This document shows, one piece after another, positions 53,060-64,000 of a stretch of 64,000 nucleotides of DNA (position 1 is the first letter of the stretch; each line of letters opens with the position of its first letter). Below the pieces are notes generated by a model, which had not been told where the DNA came from, ran no database searches, and was given only the letters and a program-made list of their open reading frames with translations. The DNA is taken from positions 110,608,001 to 110,672,000 of the forward strand of contig OZ024741.1 in the NCBI GenBank assembly GCA_964016885.1, given 5' to 3'. Source of the DNA: Eledone cirrhosa (Eukaryota). The position numbers and the translations under genes are program-made.

Positions 53060-54105
53060 ACCAGCTATTGAAGTTGGCAGTAATAGGGTCAAAGAAGCAA
53101 TCAAAGAGATGAAGAATGGTAAAGCTGTGGGACCGTCAGAGATAGTTGCTGAGATGCTAAAAGTATTGGGAGAAGTTGAAGTCAAACTAGTAACCAGCAT
53201 AGTCAATAAGGTAATACAGGACACAGCAGTATAATAATCAATTGCTAAAAGGGCAAATGTGATGCACTAGAAAGGAGCAACTACAGAGGAATAAAACTAA
53301 TGGACCAAGTTATGAAGGTGACAGAAAGAGTAATATTTATATAATAGGGAAAGAATCAGATTAGATAAGATGCAGTTTGGTTTCATGCCTGTGAAAAGTA
53401 CTACAGATGCCCTCTTCTTAGTGAGGAAAACTACAAGTGAAGTTCATAGTCAAGAATAAGCCACAATATTTAGCTTTTGTTGATCTATAAAAGGCCTTTG
53501 ACAGAGTACCTCAATCTATTATCTGGTGGTCCTTAAAAAAATTGGGTGTTGAAGAATGGCTTGTGTGAGCATTGCAAACTATGTACAGAGCAACTGTCAG
53601 TAAAGTAAGTGTAAGAAATGAGTTTTGTGAGGAATTCAAGGTACAGGTAGTTCATCAAGGTTCGGTCCTTAACCCACTGCTGTTCATCTTAGTTCTCCAG
53701 GCCATAACAGAGGAGTCTAAACTGGCTGCTCATGGGAATTTCTCTATGCAGATGATTTGGCCGAATCCATAAAAGAACTAAAAAATAAGTTCCAACTATG
53801 GAAACGGAATTTGGAATCAAAAGCTTCTGAGAGTAAACTTGGCCAAAACTAAAGCGCTAATGAATAGGAAAGAAGATAGGATCCTAATCCCTTCAGGGAA
53901 ATGGCCCTGCTCAATATGTAAAGGAGTAGGTATAAACTCCATAAGGTGTACTTAATATAAATCTTGGGTACACAAGAGATGTAGTGGGATAACAGGTAGA
54001 CTAACCATAAAGGAAAAATTTGTATGTAGATGCACAGGAGTAAGGGAAGAAACCTTTCCAAGTTACAGGAAGGGTCTATAGACATGGTTGATAGCTTTTG
54101 CTGAA
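53060..54105 (+). pseudogene. Older degraded RT of the same RTE family, retaining PHD remnants
   Basis: AIKEMKNGKAVGPS, NYRGIKLMDQVMKV, KAFDRVP, HQGSVLNPLLF, YADD and GKWPCSICK..GINSIRC...[13 protein letters not shown], with many stops and indels. Confidence 0.88.
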
Positions 54106-54359
54106 CATGCTATATATATATATATGTATGTGTGTGACTGTGAGATATACTATTGTATGCTTTTAATGATTATTTTGACAACATTTCTGTAAGTGAGCTG
54201 TTAGTTCAGTTGTTGTGAAGTGAACCAAGACAAACACTGATCTCTATTAATATAACTTTTAATTTTATGACCTAGGAAAATACCTATTGTTAATATAAAG
54301 AGGAAGGGGTGTCACCAGGTAGGTGGACTGTGGATGACTGTGGAGCTAGGTATGTAGGT

Positions 54360-54655
54360 AGTGGTGGTGGTGGTAGCAGTAGTGGGGTTGTGGTGAAGGG
54401 TAATGGTAGTGGTGCTGGTGTTTGTGGTGGCAACGATAGTGGTAGCATTGGTGGGCAACGGTGATGATGATGTTGGTTCTGTTGATAGTAATGTTGGTGA
54501 CAGTGGCAGCGGTGGTGATGGAGACTTTGGTTTTGGTGGAGTTGGTTGTGTGACTGTGGTGGTAGTGTTGGTGGTGGCAGTGGTGATGGTGCTGGAGTTA
54601 GTATTGCTGGTAGTAGCACTAATGGTTTTGGTGGTAGTAGTAGTAGTGGTGGTGT
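54360..54655. repeat. GGT/GTA-rich low-complexity tract
   Basis: Directly visible. Confidence 0.8.
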
Positions 54656-55974
54656 ATATAGTCTTTGTGACTAAATAGAGACAGTTGGTTGGGTCATTTA
54701 CAAAGAATGTAAATAAACAACTCAGTTTTTCTTTAATGACACATTCCTACCTACCCTCCTTTCTTCTTGTTTCCTACCTACCTCCTACCTACCCCCTCCT
54801 CCTCTATCGCCTCCATTGATCTACATTACTCTATATGTAGTGTTGAGCAGCTTGATCAACTTTAGACTTTTATCTTTCTCTCTCATCTCTACATCTGTAC
54901 TCTTCCTTCATAAGATCGTAGAGATTCACCTCTATGTTCTCTCCAGAAACTCTTTGGTACTATTTGTTCCAATGTAGAAACTATCAGTCTGAGAGAGAGG
55001 CCATGCTGAAACCAATCTTTAAAAAAACAACCAAGATTGGAAGTTCAATATATGATTACAGCTCTACCAAATGTAAACAAAATCTTTGAGTAGATGGAAA
55101 CTACGAAAAGATTCAACAACAGAAACTTCTAGCTGTTTTACAGCTTCTCTTGTTTCCTCTTTTCTTTTCTTTTCTTAGGCATAATCTGCCTCGTGACTGC
55201 TGTTTCAGTCATTAGACCGTGGCCATGCTGTGGCACCATGTTTAGCTAATCATATCAACTCCAGTTTTTACTTTCTCAAGTCTGATAATTATTTTATTGA
55301 TTTTTTTTTTTTTTTTTTTATATTTTATTTAAGTTACAAGACTTAAACACAGACACAAACATGGATACACACACGCTGCCCCTCCTCCTCTTCTACTTTT
55401 TCTAATTTTATTTCAACAAGCTTTTATTTATTTTTTTGTTTTTTAACTTTATTTTCTTTGTGCTTTTCTTTTTGATTTTTTCCTGATGAAGGCCAAATAC
55501 CCGATACGATGATCTACACAATAAAAGCACCCAGTACATGCTGCAAAGTGGTTAGTATTAGGAAGGGCATCCAGCTGTAGAAAGCTTGCCAAACAATGGG
55601 TTAGGAGGATCCTTCAGTTTGTATCAAAAGACGTGGCAACTTCTCCTCTGCACTCGTACATAAGTAGGATACAGACCTCCTCAACCTGTCTGGGATGTCA
55701 GTGACTCTGCTTCATTACTGACTTCGTCTATGTAGACCTGTCCAACCCTTGCTTGCAGGGAAAGCGGACATTAAATGATAATGATACACACACACACAAA
55801 TAAAATACTGATACATAGATAGATATGTGTATATATATATGTATATACATGTGTGTATATAGTATATATATATATATATATATCATCAGAGGGCTAACTC
55901 CTCTTGAATGCTATGATGAAAATAAACTAAAAGCTTATAGTTTTTATGCTTATTAACTTTACTATAACTATAAG

Positions 55975-56008
55975 CTTAACGTTTCGGACACTACTCCTTC
56001 ATCAGAAG
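55975..56008 (-). ncRNA. Minimal type I hammerhead-ribozyme motif (Penelope-like)
   Basis: Minus strand ctt-CTGATGA-AGGA-gtagtg-TCC-GAAAC-GTT-aag: intact core boxes, stem II GGA/TCC, palindromic AACGTT stem III and stem I ctt/aag. Confidence 0.6.
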
Positions 56009-56144
56009 ATAGAATGAGAAATAAATATTTTTTGGAGAAAAATCATGTGCATTTAGTCTGTCATTTTGGAGAATAAACCATCTAAATAATGTTTAATTAA
56101 AGGTCAACCTAACATTCTTACCTTTGTATTTTCTTATTTTCTAG

Positions 56145-56207
56145 GTGAGTGACACTACTGAGCATTGTTCATTCTATGAAGAACCCAGTACTCATTTTAT
56201 TGGTCAG
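56145..56207 (+). CDS. Candidate 63-nt exon of gene B (VSDTTEHCSFYEEPSTHFIGQ); possible recursive-splicing exon
   Basis: Branch-like ctaac, long pyrimidine tract, ctag| acceptor and cag|gtaggt donor. Phase 0/0 and open in the frame of 30387-30560. Confidence 0.6.
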
Positions 56208-56659
56208 GTAGGTGATTCTGCTAACTGTTGTATTCTATACATTCAATTCTCTCTCTCCTTTGCTACAATGTCAATGCTTACATAACAGTCTCTTGTCTCT
56301 ACACATCTGACAGTCTCTTGTTTCTACACATCTTTAACCACACCTATACACACAATTTTATCCCATTTTACACACATTTTCTTTACCATTTAGTCTCAAA
56401 AGAAAAGGCACTGCCCATAACCCATTAGTTTTTCAAAGGGAAAAATAAAAGTTATTCTCAAACCTATGACCTGGCTCAAATAACTGCACCTCTACCACCA
56501 CCACCATCATAATGGTGATGGTGGTGGGGCACCACCACTGCAATATTTAGTTAGTTTAGGCCATCCAGTGTGTGAGGTGGTGTTCTACTTACTTATTGTA
56601 TTTCCATTTCATTCGATACTCCCAACAATAATTCTGAGTTCCTGAATACTTTGATAAAT

Positions 56660-57245
56660 CAATATGAGATACAGATGTGTGGGTATAACCCAGAAACCAA
56701 ACCTCAATCATCTCAGTGGAAGTAGCCTATGCTCCAAAGGCCCAAAAAGCATGCCAGGTGCAGTGACTACTGAGGTGTTGTACATCATAAATAAGTACTA
56801 GAAGGACAAACAGCTACAAAGGAATACTTGCTATCAGGAAGTCCGATGATGTCTTCAGTGCAAAAGATGGATTAGTGGCCCCTTGCAAAACTGGCAGCTG
56901 CATCATAACAACACCCAGTTAATTTATCTCAACTGATCCAAAGCATTTTACTCACTCAGCAAGCTCCCTATCCTCCAATCATGGCTCCTTCTAACTTCTG
57001 GTTGTTCCCAAAAATGAAGGTTCCACTGAAGGGCTCCTACTTTGAAAGCCAAGAGGACATCATGTTGTCTGGGACAGTGGAGCTGGGAGAGATTTTGGGA
57101 GAAGAAGCATTCCAAACATGCTTTGAACAATGGAAGGATAGCTGAGGTGTGTGCTGGTTCAAGAGGCCTACTTCGAAGGGGATTAGCAATTGAACACCAC
57201 CCAATATGTCCCCCACTCCTGAGCCTAAACCAGATAGATTTTTGA
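56660..57245 (+). mobile_element. Second, more decayed mariner transposase fragment
   Basis: YNPETKPQSSQWK; MAPSNFWLFPKMKVPLKGSYFESQEDI; FQTCFEQWK; AYFEGD*. Confidence 0.8.
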
Positions 57246-58462
57246 TAATGTCTGTCTGTGTGTATGTGTGTGCGTAACTATCTGTCTGTGTGTGTCTTTC
57301 TAGCTGTGTATAGGTGTGTGTATGAGAGACTATGTATATATCTGCATGTATGTGTGTCTGTCTGTCTGCCTGTCTGCCCTTTGTTACTCATCCTTTCCCT
57401 CCTTTCTCTACCTCCTCCTTACACTTCTCTTTCTCCTCTTCCTCTCAATCTAATCATTTTATGGATCTTCAACTACCTTGGACCATACAACACCACCCTC
57501 TCCTCCTCTACTGTCTGCCTGTTGACTCTCTTTCCTTCACCTTTTTCTCCACCCAAACTCAATTAGACCTCCTCCTCTCTCTCCCTCCCTAATACTACTA
57601 CCTGTCTCTCTCTCTCCCTCTCTGTTCCCCCAGTTTAGCCCCCACCCCCACCCTCACTGTCTTTACCTCCCCCCATCCCTTCCATCCACTCATACAGCAG
57701 GATAAAGTAAAGATAAACATAACATTGTTTACACTGAACACTCAGCACTTGTGTCGATGTGGTGGTGGTGGTGGTGTGGTGGGGGCTGTGGTGGATATGA
57801 TGGTAGTGTGTGGTGGTGGCTCATGTGGCGAGGGTGGTGTTGATGGAGCTCATGTGGTGTGGGTGGCTGTGGTGGTGGTGAGTCAGGGTGGGGAGATGGT
57901 GGTCACATCCAAATGATGGCAGTGGGTGGTGGAGATTGCTAGAAGAGTAAGGGTGCTAGCCAGGGAGGAGGGACTGGTTGATGACAGTAAAGATGATAGC
58001 CAAGATCTCAGTCATCATCATCCATCCATCCATTCTGACTATCATCCAACACTACCATGTTGTGTTGGGTGTATGTTGCTGTGGTAATAATAGTGATGCT
58101 GGGGGAAGGTGACAGAGAAGTAGAAATCTCTATTGATAACTACAAGTGCCTACTAGCTGTTATGTCGATGAATGGGGGGAGGATGTTATTTTTTAAAGTT
58201 CTCTCCCTTGCCCCTTTTGACAGGAATTTTTTTATTAATGCTTATTTCAGTTATACTTTCTCTCAACAAATTCATTATTTTCATGTTATCATGTTAAGTG
58301 TGGTAGTTTGCATTTAAAGCTTTCATTATCATATTTCTAATGAAATACACTGTATCTGAATTAATTAATGAAGAATTTGAAGGGATTTATTAAAATGATT
58401 TCATGCTAAAATAGTGTCTTAAACAAATGGTTCCTATGAAATTGTGTTGAAAGATTTTAATT

Positions 58463-58880
58463 CAGTGTTCGTGCTTACCCTTACCTATGGTTATGAATCT
58501 TAGGTAATGACTGAAAAAATATGATTGTGAGTACAAGCAGGTGAAATGGGGTTCCTCCAAAGGGTAATGTAGCTCAAAGATCAGGGAGTCGCTCCAGGTA
58601 GAGCTGCTACTTCTCCTAAATTGAGAGATTATAGCTATGACACTATGGATATATGGTTAGAATGACTAAGAAAAGAATCACTGGACAAATTTTATGGACA
58701 AAGCCAACAAGCAAGAGATCCAAAGGTAGACCAAGAGCAAGATAGTTGGATAACATCCTTAAATTAGGCTGGTTTCACTTAGGGATCCACTCAGATTGAA
58801 ATGGTTGCTTCTGATAGGACTCTCTGGAAAGTATGTCTGGGGACTCTGTCCCCCATGACCCTTCCAGGAATAAGAAGATC
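58463..58880 (+). mobile_element. RTE (Rex3-like) 3' fragment, sister of 39180-39630
   Basis: cagtgttcgtgcttacccttacctatggttatgaatctt...gctccaggtagagctgctacttc...ggtagaccaagagcaaga. Confidence 0.75.
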
Positions 58881-59242
58881 CCTTAAAATATATGGCTTTG
58901 TTTCATCGAACCAGACTTGGTTTTGACCATTGAGCAGGTAGACATCAAAAGGTCCATTTCTCCATACTTAAAGTGGTGATCCAAAAAGTTCTTATTCTAT
59001 TTTAAAGTATGTACTTTTAAAAAATATTATGTGCTTTGTGTGTGTGTGTACAAAATACTATGTGTTTCTCATGAGATATATAGCTCTTTCTCTCTATAGA
59101 CGTTCGTGGAAGATAGACGTTAAACGATGATGATCTAAATTTGAATTATTGATGCTCTGGACAAATGTCCATTGAGCTTTTCTACTGAGAAGCAGAAATA
59201 TCATACATATATACATAATATATGTTCTGATACCTTAAATTA

Positions 59243-59302
<60 letters not shown>

Positions 59303-59587
59303 ACTTCTTTTCCTTCTCAGTGTTTGTGTGTGTATGTCATTGTCCATCTTACACACACACACACACACATATATGGCTATTGCTGTCCCCTCTCACTTTG
59401 TGTGTGTGTGTGTGTGTGTGTGGCTATAAATGTGTACATATGAGAGTCTGTATATATGTGTGCTAGTATGTGTATGTGTGTATATATATATATGTGTGTG
59501 TATGTATGTATGTATGTATGTATTTATGCATGTATATATATGCATGTATGTATATATATATATTTATATATGTGTGTGTGTGTGTGA

Positions 59588-59860
59588 AGGCGCATGGCTT
59601 AGTGGTTAGAGCATTAGGCTTGCAATCGAAAGGTTGTGAGTTCAATTCTCGGACCGGGTGATGTGTTGTTTACTTGAGCAAGACACTTTATTTCACGTTG
59701 CTCCAGTTTACTCAGCTGAAAATGAGTACCAGCAATAGCTGGAGGTTTAATCCTGCGATGGACTGGCGTCCTGTCCAGGAGGGAGTCTTGTATTCTCAGT
59801 CACTTCACGCCATGAAACCGGGATAAGCACCAACCAAATGAGCATTCTGGCTTAAGACAG
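59588..59860 (+). mobile_element. tRNA-derived SINE with Pol III A/B boxes
   Basis: A box TGGCTTAGTGG, B box GAGTTCAATTC, body ttgagcaagacactttatttcacgttgctccag; reverse copies at 47510 and 62760. Confidence 0.82.
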
Positions 59861-60145
59861 ACTTTAGACTTTTTTAGATATATATATATGTTTATGTCTA
59901 CATTACAGACATACCTTAACCTAATCATTACTGTAATTGACCTTAGAGGAAGGGAAGTAGGAAGTATATTTACCTCTGCCTCTCCCTCTCCCGCCATCCT
60001 TCTTCCTCTCACTACCCTTCCCCTCTCTCTCACATATATGTGTGTGTCTATCCCTCTAGCCATCGCCATCCCTATCTCTCTATCTACATATATTTGTAAG
60101 CCTATCTCCCTCTGTCAGTCTGTCTGTAATTCAGTTTGTTTGGAT

Positions 60146-60355
60146 TAGCAGTGTTGGTAGAACATCAGACAACATGCTTTGTGGCATAGAGTGAGAGCCC
60201 TATATGTTCTGAGTTCAAAACCCGCCAAGATTAGCTTTGTGTTTTGTCCTTACAGGGTCGATAAATAAAGTACTTGTAATGCACTGGGGTTAATTTAATC
60301 AACATTCCCTTTCCCAAAAATTGTTGGCCTTGTGCCTAAATCAGAAACCATCATA
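60146..60355 (+). mobile_element. tRNA-derived SINE, family of 6497-7150
   Basis: gttctgagttcaaaacccg...cttacagggtcgataaataaagtac...ggccttgtgcctaaatcagaaacc. Confidence 0.78.
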
Positions 60356-60484
60356 ATGTCATCTACTTAACAAAACGTACATAGAAAAAAGAGAGGACAA
60401 TGTGATTTCAATCCCTAATAATAGCATCGGAGATTACACTTAATGCAGTCTTTAGCATGTCACTGAGGCAGTTTATCTTGTTTT

Positions 60485-60785
60485 AATTTTTAAGTAGCTG
60501 AATATTCAATAGGCACATATACTCTTAATGTAATCTTGGGGGAGATTTAGTGTGACAGTTTCTTTAAATTACAAGTATATTCCTTCTTAGTTTCAGTGGC
60601 TGAGAATTCCACACACACATGTACCCTAAATGTAATTTTGAGGAAGATTTACGTAGCACAGATGTAATAAGACTGGGTTCTTTGAATTACAAGTATAGTC
60701 CTTCTTGTATTATAGTTTATGTGGCTGAGTATTCCATAGACATGTATCCTTACAATTTTGAGGAAGAATCAGTGTGACAAGGAGC
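60485..60785. repeat. ~3 diverged tandem copies of a ~110-120-bp repeat
   Basis: gtggctgagtattcca..ac.catgtaccct.aatgtaattttgaggaaga...aattacaagtata. Confidence 0.6.
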
Positions 60786-61749
60786 TGGTTACATTTGGAA
60801 TGTCTTTGATCTTCTGATCACAGCCAGTCTGGGGCTAAACAACAACAACATCCACATGAAATACTCACATATACACACACATACTACAATGCACAAACAC
60901 ATACTATAACACACACGTGCACGCACACTATGATCCACACACACACACACTCGTACTACAACATACACTCACACACATACTACAGTGCATACACATACAC
61001 ACATAAATGCTAACACTACAGCACACACTACAACACACACTCACACATACTACAACACAAACACGCACTACAGCATACCTTCACATACACCAACACACTA
61101 CAACACACACACACTACAGCACACCCATACATGCACATACCCAGTATGACACCCTCGCACCCCCACACAAACACACTACAACATAACCATACACACACAC
61201 AAAGCTCCTCTATATATGTCCTGACACATCACCTATAGTATAAGAGGATTACTGAGGACAACAACAACAGTAGCATGAATGGAAGCTACCCTATTTACAT
61301 AGTCAGTTATCACACCAAAGGGAGGCCCAGCGGGTGGGAGGGAGGGAGTAAAACTACAGATGCTCCTCTCCTCTTCTATCTCCCCCTCTGCCCTACACTA
61401 CATAAATCAACCACACAAACAACTGTTGTAACCACTAGCTACCAAGGGAAAGGAGGAAGAGGAAACAGCCATTGATAGAATAGATCTTTCATTTACCCTC
61501 TTCCCCTTTTAACTAAGGATCCACCCTCATCTCATTTCCCTCTGGAATGTGACCTCTATCTTGACCCTTTTCTCTAATTCCATATATATGCATAGTCCAG
61601 GTTTTTTGAATGGGTACACAGTATCCCTGTTTGTCCTTGTGGTAAGAAGTAACTAAAAAGTTGGTGACAGGAAGAACTGTAAATCATGGTCTTAAAAACA
61701 TCCAACCCATGCTAACATGGAAAAATGGCTGTAAAAACAATGATGACGA

Positions 61750-61970
61750 TTATGCTTTAGCAATCCAGTAATAAATTCTATTGATCCACATAACATTGTG
61801 CTCTAACAATTCAATGATCAAATCCTGTTGATCCACATAACATTGTGCTTTAATAATCCTGTTGGTCAAATTCTATTGATCCACCACATACATTATGCTT
61901 CAACAATCCTGTTGATCAAATTCTATTAATCCACATACATTATGCTTTAACAATCCTGTTCATCCATAAC
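61750..61970. repeat. ~45-bp minisatellite, ~5 copies
   Basis: ttatgctttaacaatcctgttgatcaaattctattgatccacataaca. Confidence 0.8.
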
Positions 61971-62759
61971 AATAATAGTCTTAGTTAAAATTATGATGAA
62001 AGGGTTTTAGAGAAATATAAACATTTTAAAATTAAGTCTTATATCATAGAACCAGGCATGTTTTCAAGCTGTTTAGTATCAAAAGGGATAACTTCTTCTG
62101 AGGACCATCATCATCATCAACATGATTTCATTATTGACTTTGCCTTTCATCCTTACGGAGTCGATAAAATAAAGTACCAGTAATGCACTGGGTATTTGCT
62201 GGCCTTGTGCCTAAAATAGAAACAATTATTATATAAACTCAATTTTTTTTTATATCTATTATTACCACATTCTTGTAAAATGGGGACTTACACATTTTAG
62301 CTGACAAAAATAGACCACAGCCTTTAAAAAGCCAAAATAACCAAATCTCAAAGGAACATTACAACACAAAATATGAACACGTGTGTGTATGAATTTTATA
62401 CATGTATGTATATCTATATACTTACATACATGAATACATATACCTGTGTTTGTACATATTTGATACAACCGTATAGTTACTTCTTCTTTGTGTGATATAT
62501 TATATGTATGTATGTTTGTACATATGTAATTATGTATTTGTGTGTGTCTATGCAAGCATGGAAAATAGATGTTGAATAGTGGTGACATATCATCATCATT
62601 TCATTTCATTTCATTTTACGTCCGCTTTTTCCCTGCTTGCAAGGGTGGGACGGGAACTGATTCTGGCTTGATTTCTACAGCTGGATGCCCTTCTTAACAC
62701 CAACCTCATTTACAGTGAGTGCTGGGTCCTTTTTTTGCCGTGGCACCTCCACGACCACT

Positions 62760-62895
62760 CTACAGCTGAGTAAACTGGAGCAATGTGAAATAAAGTGTCT
62801 TGCTCAAGGAAACAACATCACTTGCTCTGAGAATTGAACTCACAACCTTTTGATTGCAAGGTCAATGCTCTAACCACTAAGCCACATGCCTCCAT
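62760..62895 (-). mobile_element. tRNA-derived SINE head, family of 59588
   Basis: gaattgaactcacaacctttt...ctctaaccactaagccacatgcct. Confidence 0.78.
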
Positions 62896-62899
62896 GTAT

Positions 62900-63006
62900 A
62901 AATATATATGTCAGATATATATATATATATACAGATATTGCTATATGTATATATATATATATATATGTATATGTATATGTATATATATGTATATATGTAT
63001 ATGTAT

Positions 63007-63038
<32 letters not shown>

Positions 63039-63473
63039 GAATATGTATATATATATATGAATATGTATATGTATATATGTATATGTATATGTATATATAT
63101 ATATGTATATATGTATATATATATATGTATATATATATGTATATATATATATGTATATATATATGTATATGTATATATGTATATATATATATGTATATAT
63201 ATGTATATGTATATATATATATGTATATATATATATGTATATGTATATATGTATATATATATGTATATATGTATATATATATATGTATATGTATATATGT
63301 ATATATATATATGTATATATATGTATATGTATATATGTATATATATATGTATATGTATATATGTATATATATATATGTATATATATGTATATGTATATAT
63401 ATGTATATGTATATATGTATATGTATATATGTATATATATATATGTATATATATGTATATATGTATATATATG

Positions 63474-63504
<31 letters not shown>

Positions 63505-63615
63505 GTATATATATGTATATATATGTATATATATGTATATATATGTATATATATGTATATATATGTATATATGTATATATATGTATATATATATATATAT
63601 GTATGTATATATATG

Positions 63616-63646
<31 letters not shown>

Positions 63647-63887
63647 GTATATATATATATGTATATATATATATGTATATATATATGTATATATATATAT
63701 GTATATATATATATGTATATATATATATGTATATATATATATGTATATATATATATATGTGTATATATATATATATATATATGTGTGTATATATATATAT
63801 ATGTATATGTATATATGTATATATATGTATATATGTATATGTATATATATGTATATATGTATATGTATATATATGTATGTATGTATG

Positions 63888-63924
<37 letters not shown>

Positions 63925-63941
63925 GTATGTATGTATGTATG

Positions 63942-63974
<33 letters not shown>

Positions 63975-64000
63975 GTATGTATGTATATATGTATGTATGT
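62900..64000. repeat. (TA)n/(TATG)n microsatellite running to the window end
   Basis: Directly visible. Confidence 0.98.

Noticed and set aside
54290-54678. Pro/His-rich or Val/Gly-rich ORFs
   Set aside because: Low-complexity GGT tract that is open on both strands.
59588-59670. tRNA gene
   Set aside because: A and B boxes are present but there is no convincing cloverleaf, and it continues into a multi-copy SINE body.

Overview
This is repeat-rich, AT-rich eukaryotic (metazoan) DNA with no prokaryotic operon, rRNA or CRISPR signal. The SINE/LINE families and microsatellite load look like an octopod or other coleoid cephalopod, which is my inference from recognising the repeats. Retroelements include an almost intact RTE-type reverse-transcriptase ORF at 1-1534 carrying a C4HC3 PHD-type finger, several truncated copies of that family, an R4/Dong-like relic, RTE/BovB-like fragments and tRNA-derived SINEs. 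DNA elements include two mariner relics plus piggyBac-type (TTAA) and hAT-type (8-bp TSD) MITEs. A ~12 kb 34-bp G/T-rich satellite is interrupted by a CR1-like LINE, and there are 25-bp and 38-bp minisatellites, long (TA)n tracts and three long palindromes. Short + strand exon candidates between the repeats suggest the 3' end of one unidentified gene (3314-28257) and the 5' coding start of a second (30387-30560 joined to 56145-56207). The best leads are a candidate recursive-splicing site (YAG|GTGAGT with an in-frame 63-nt exon) at 56145, Penelope-type minimal hammerhead motifs, the PHD-bearing RT, a tandem CTCF-like motif array and fold-back hairpins. Most long ORFs in the supplied track are artefacts of simple repeats.
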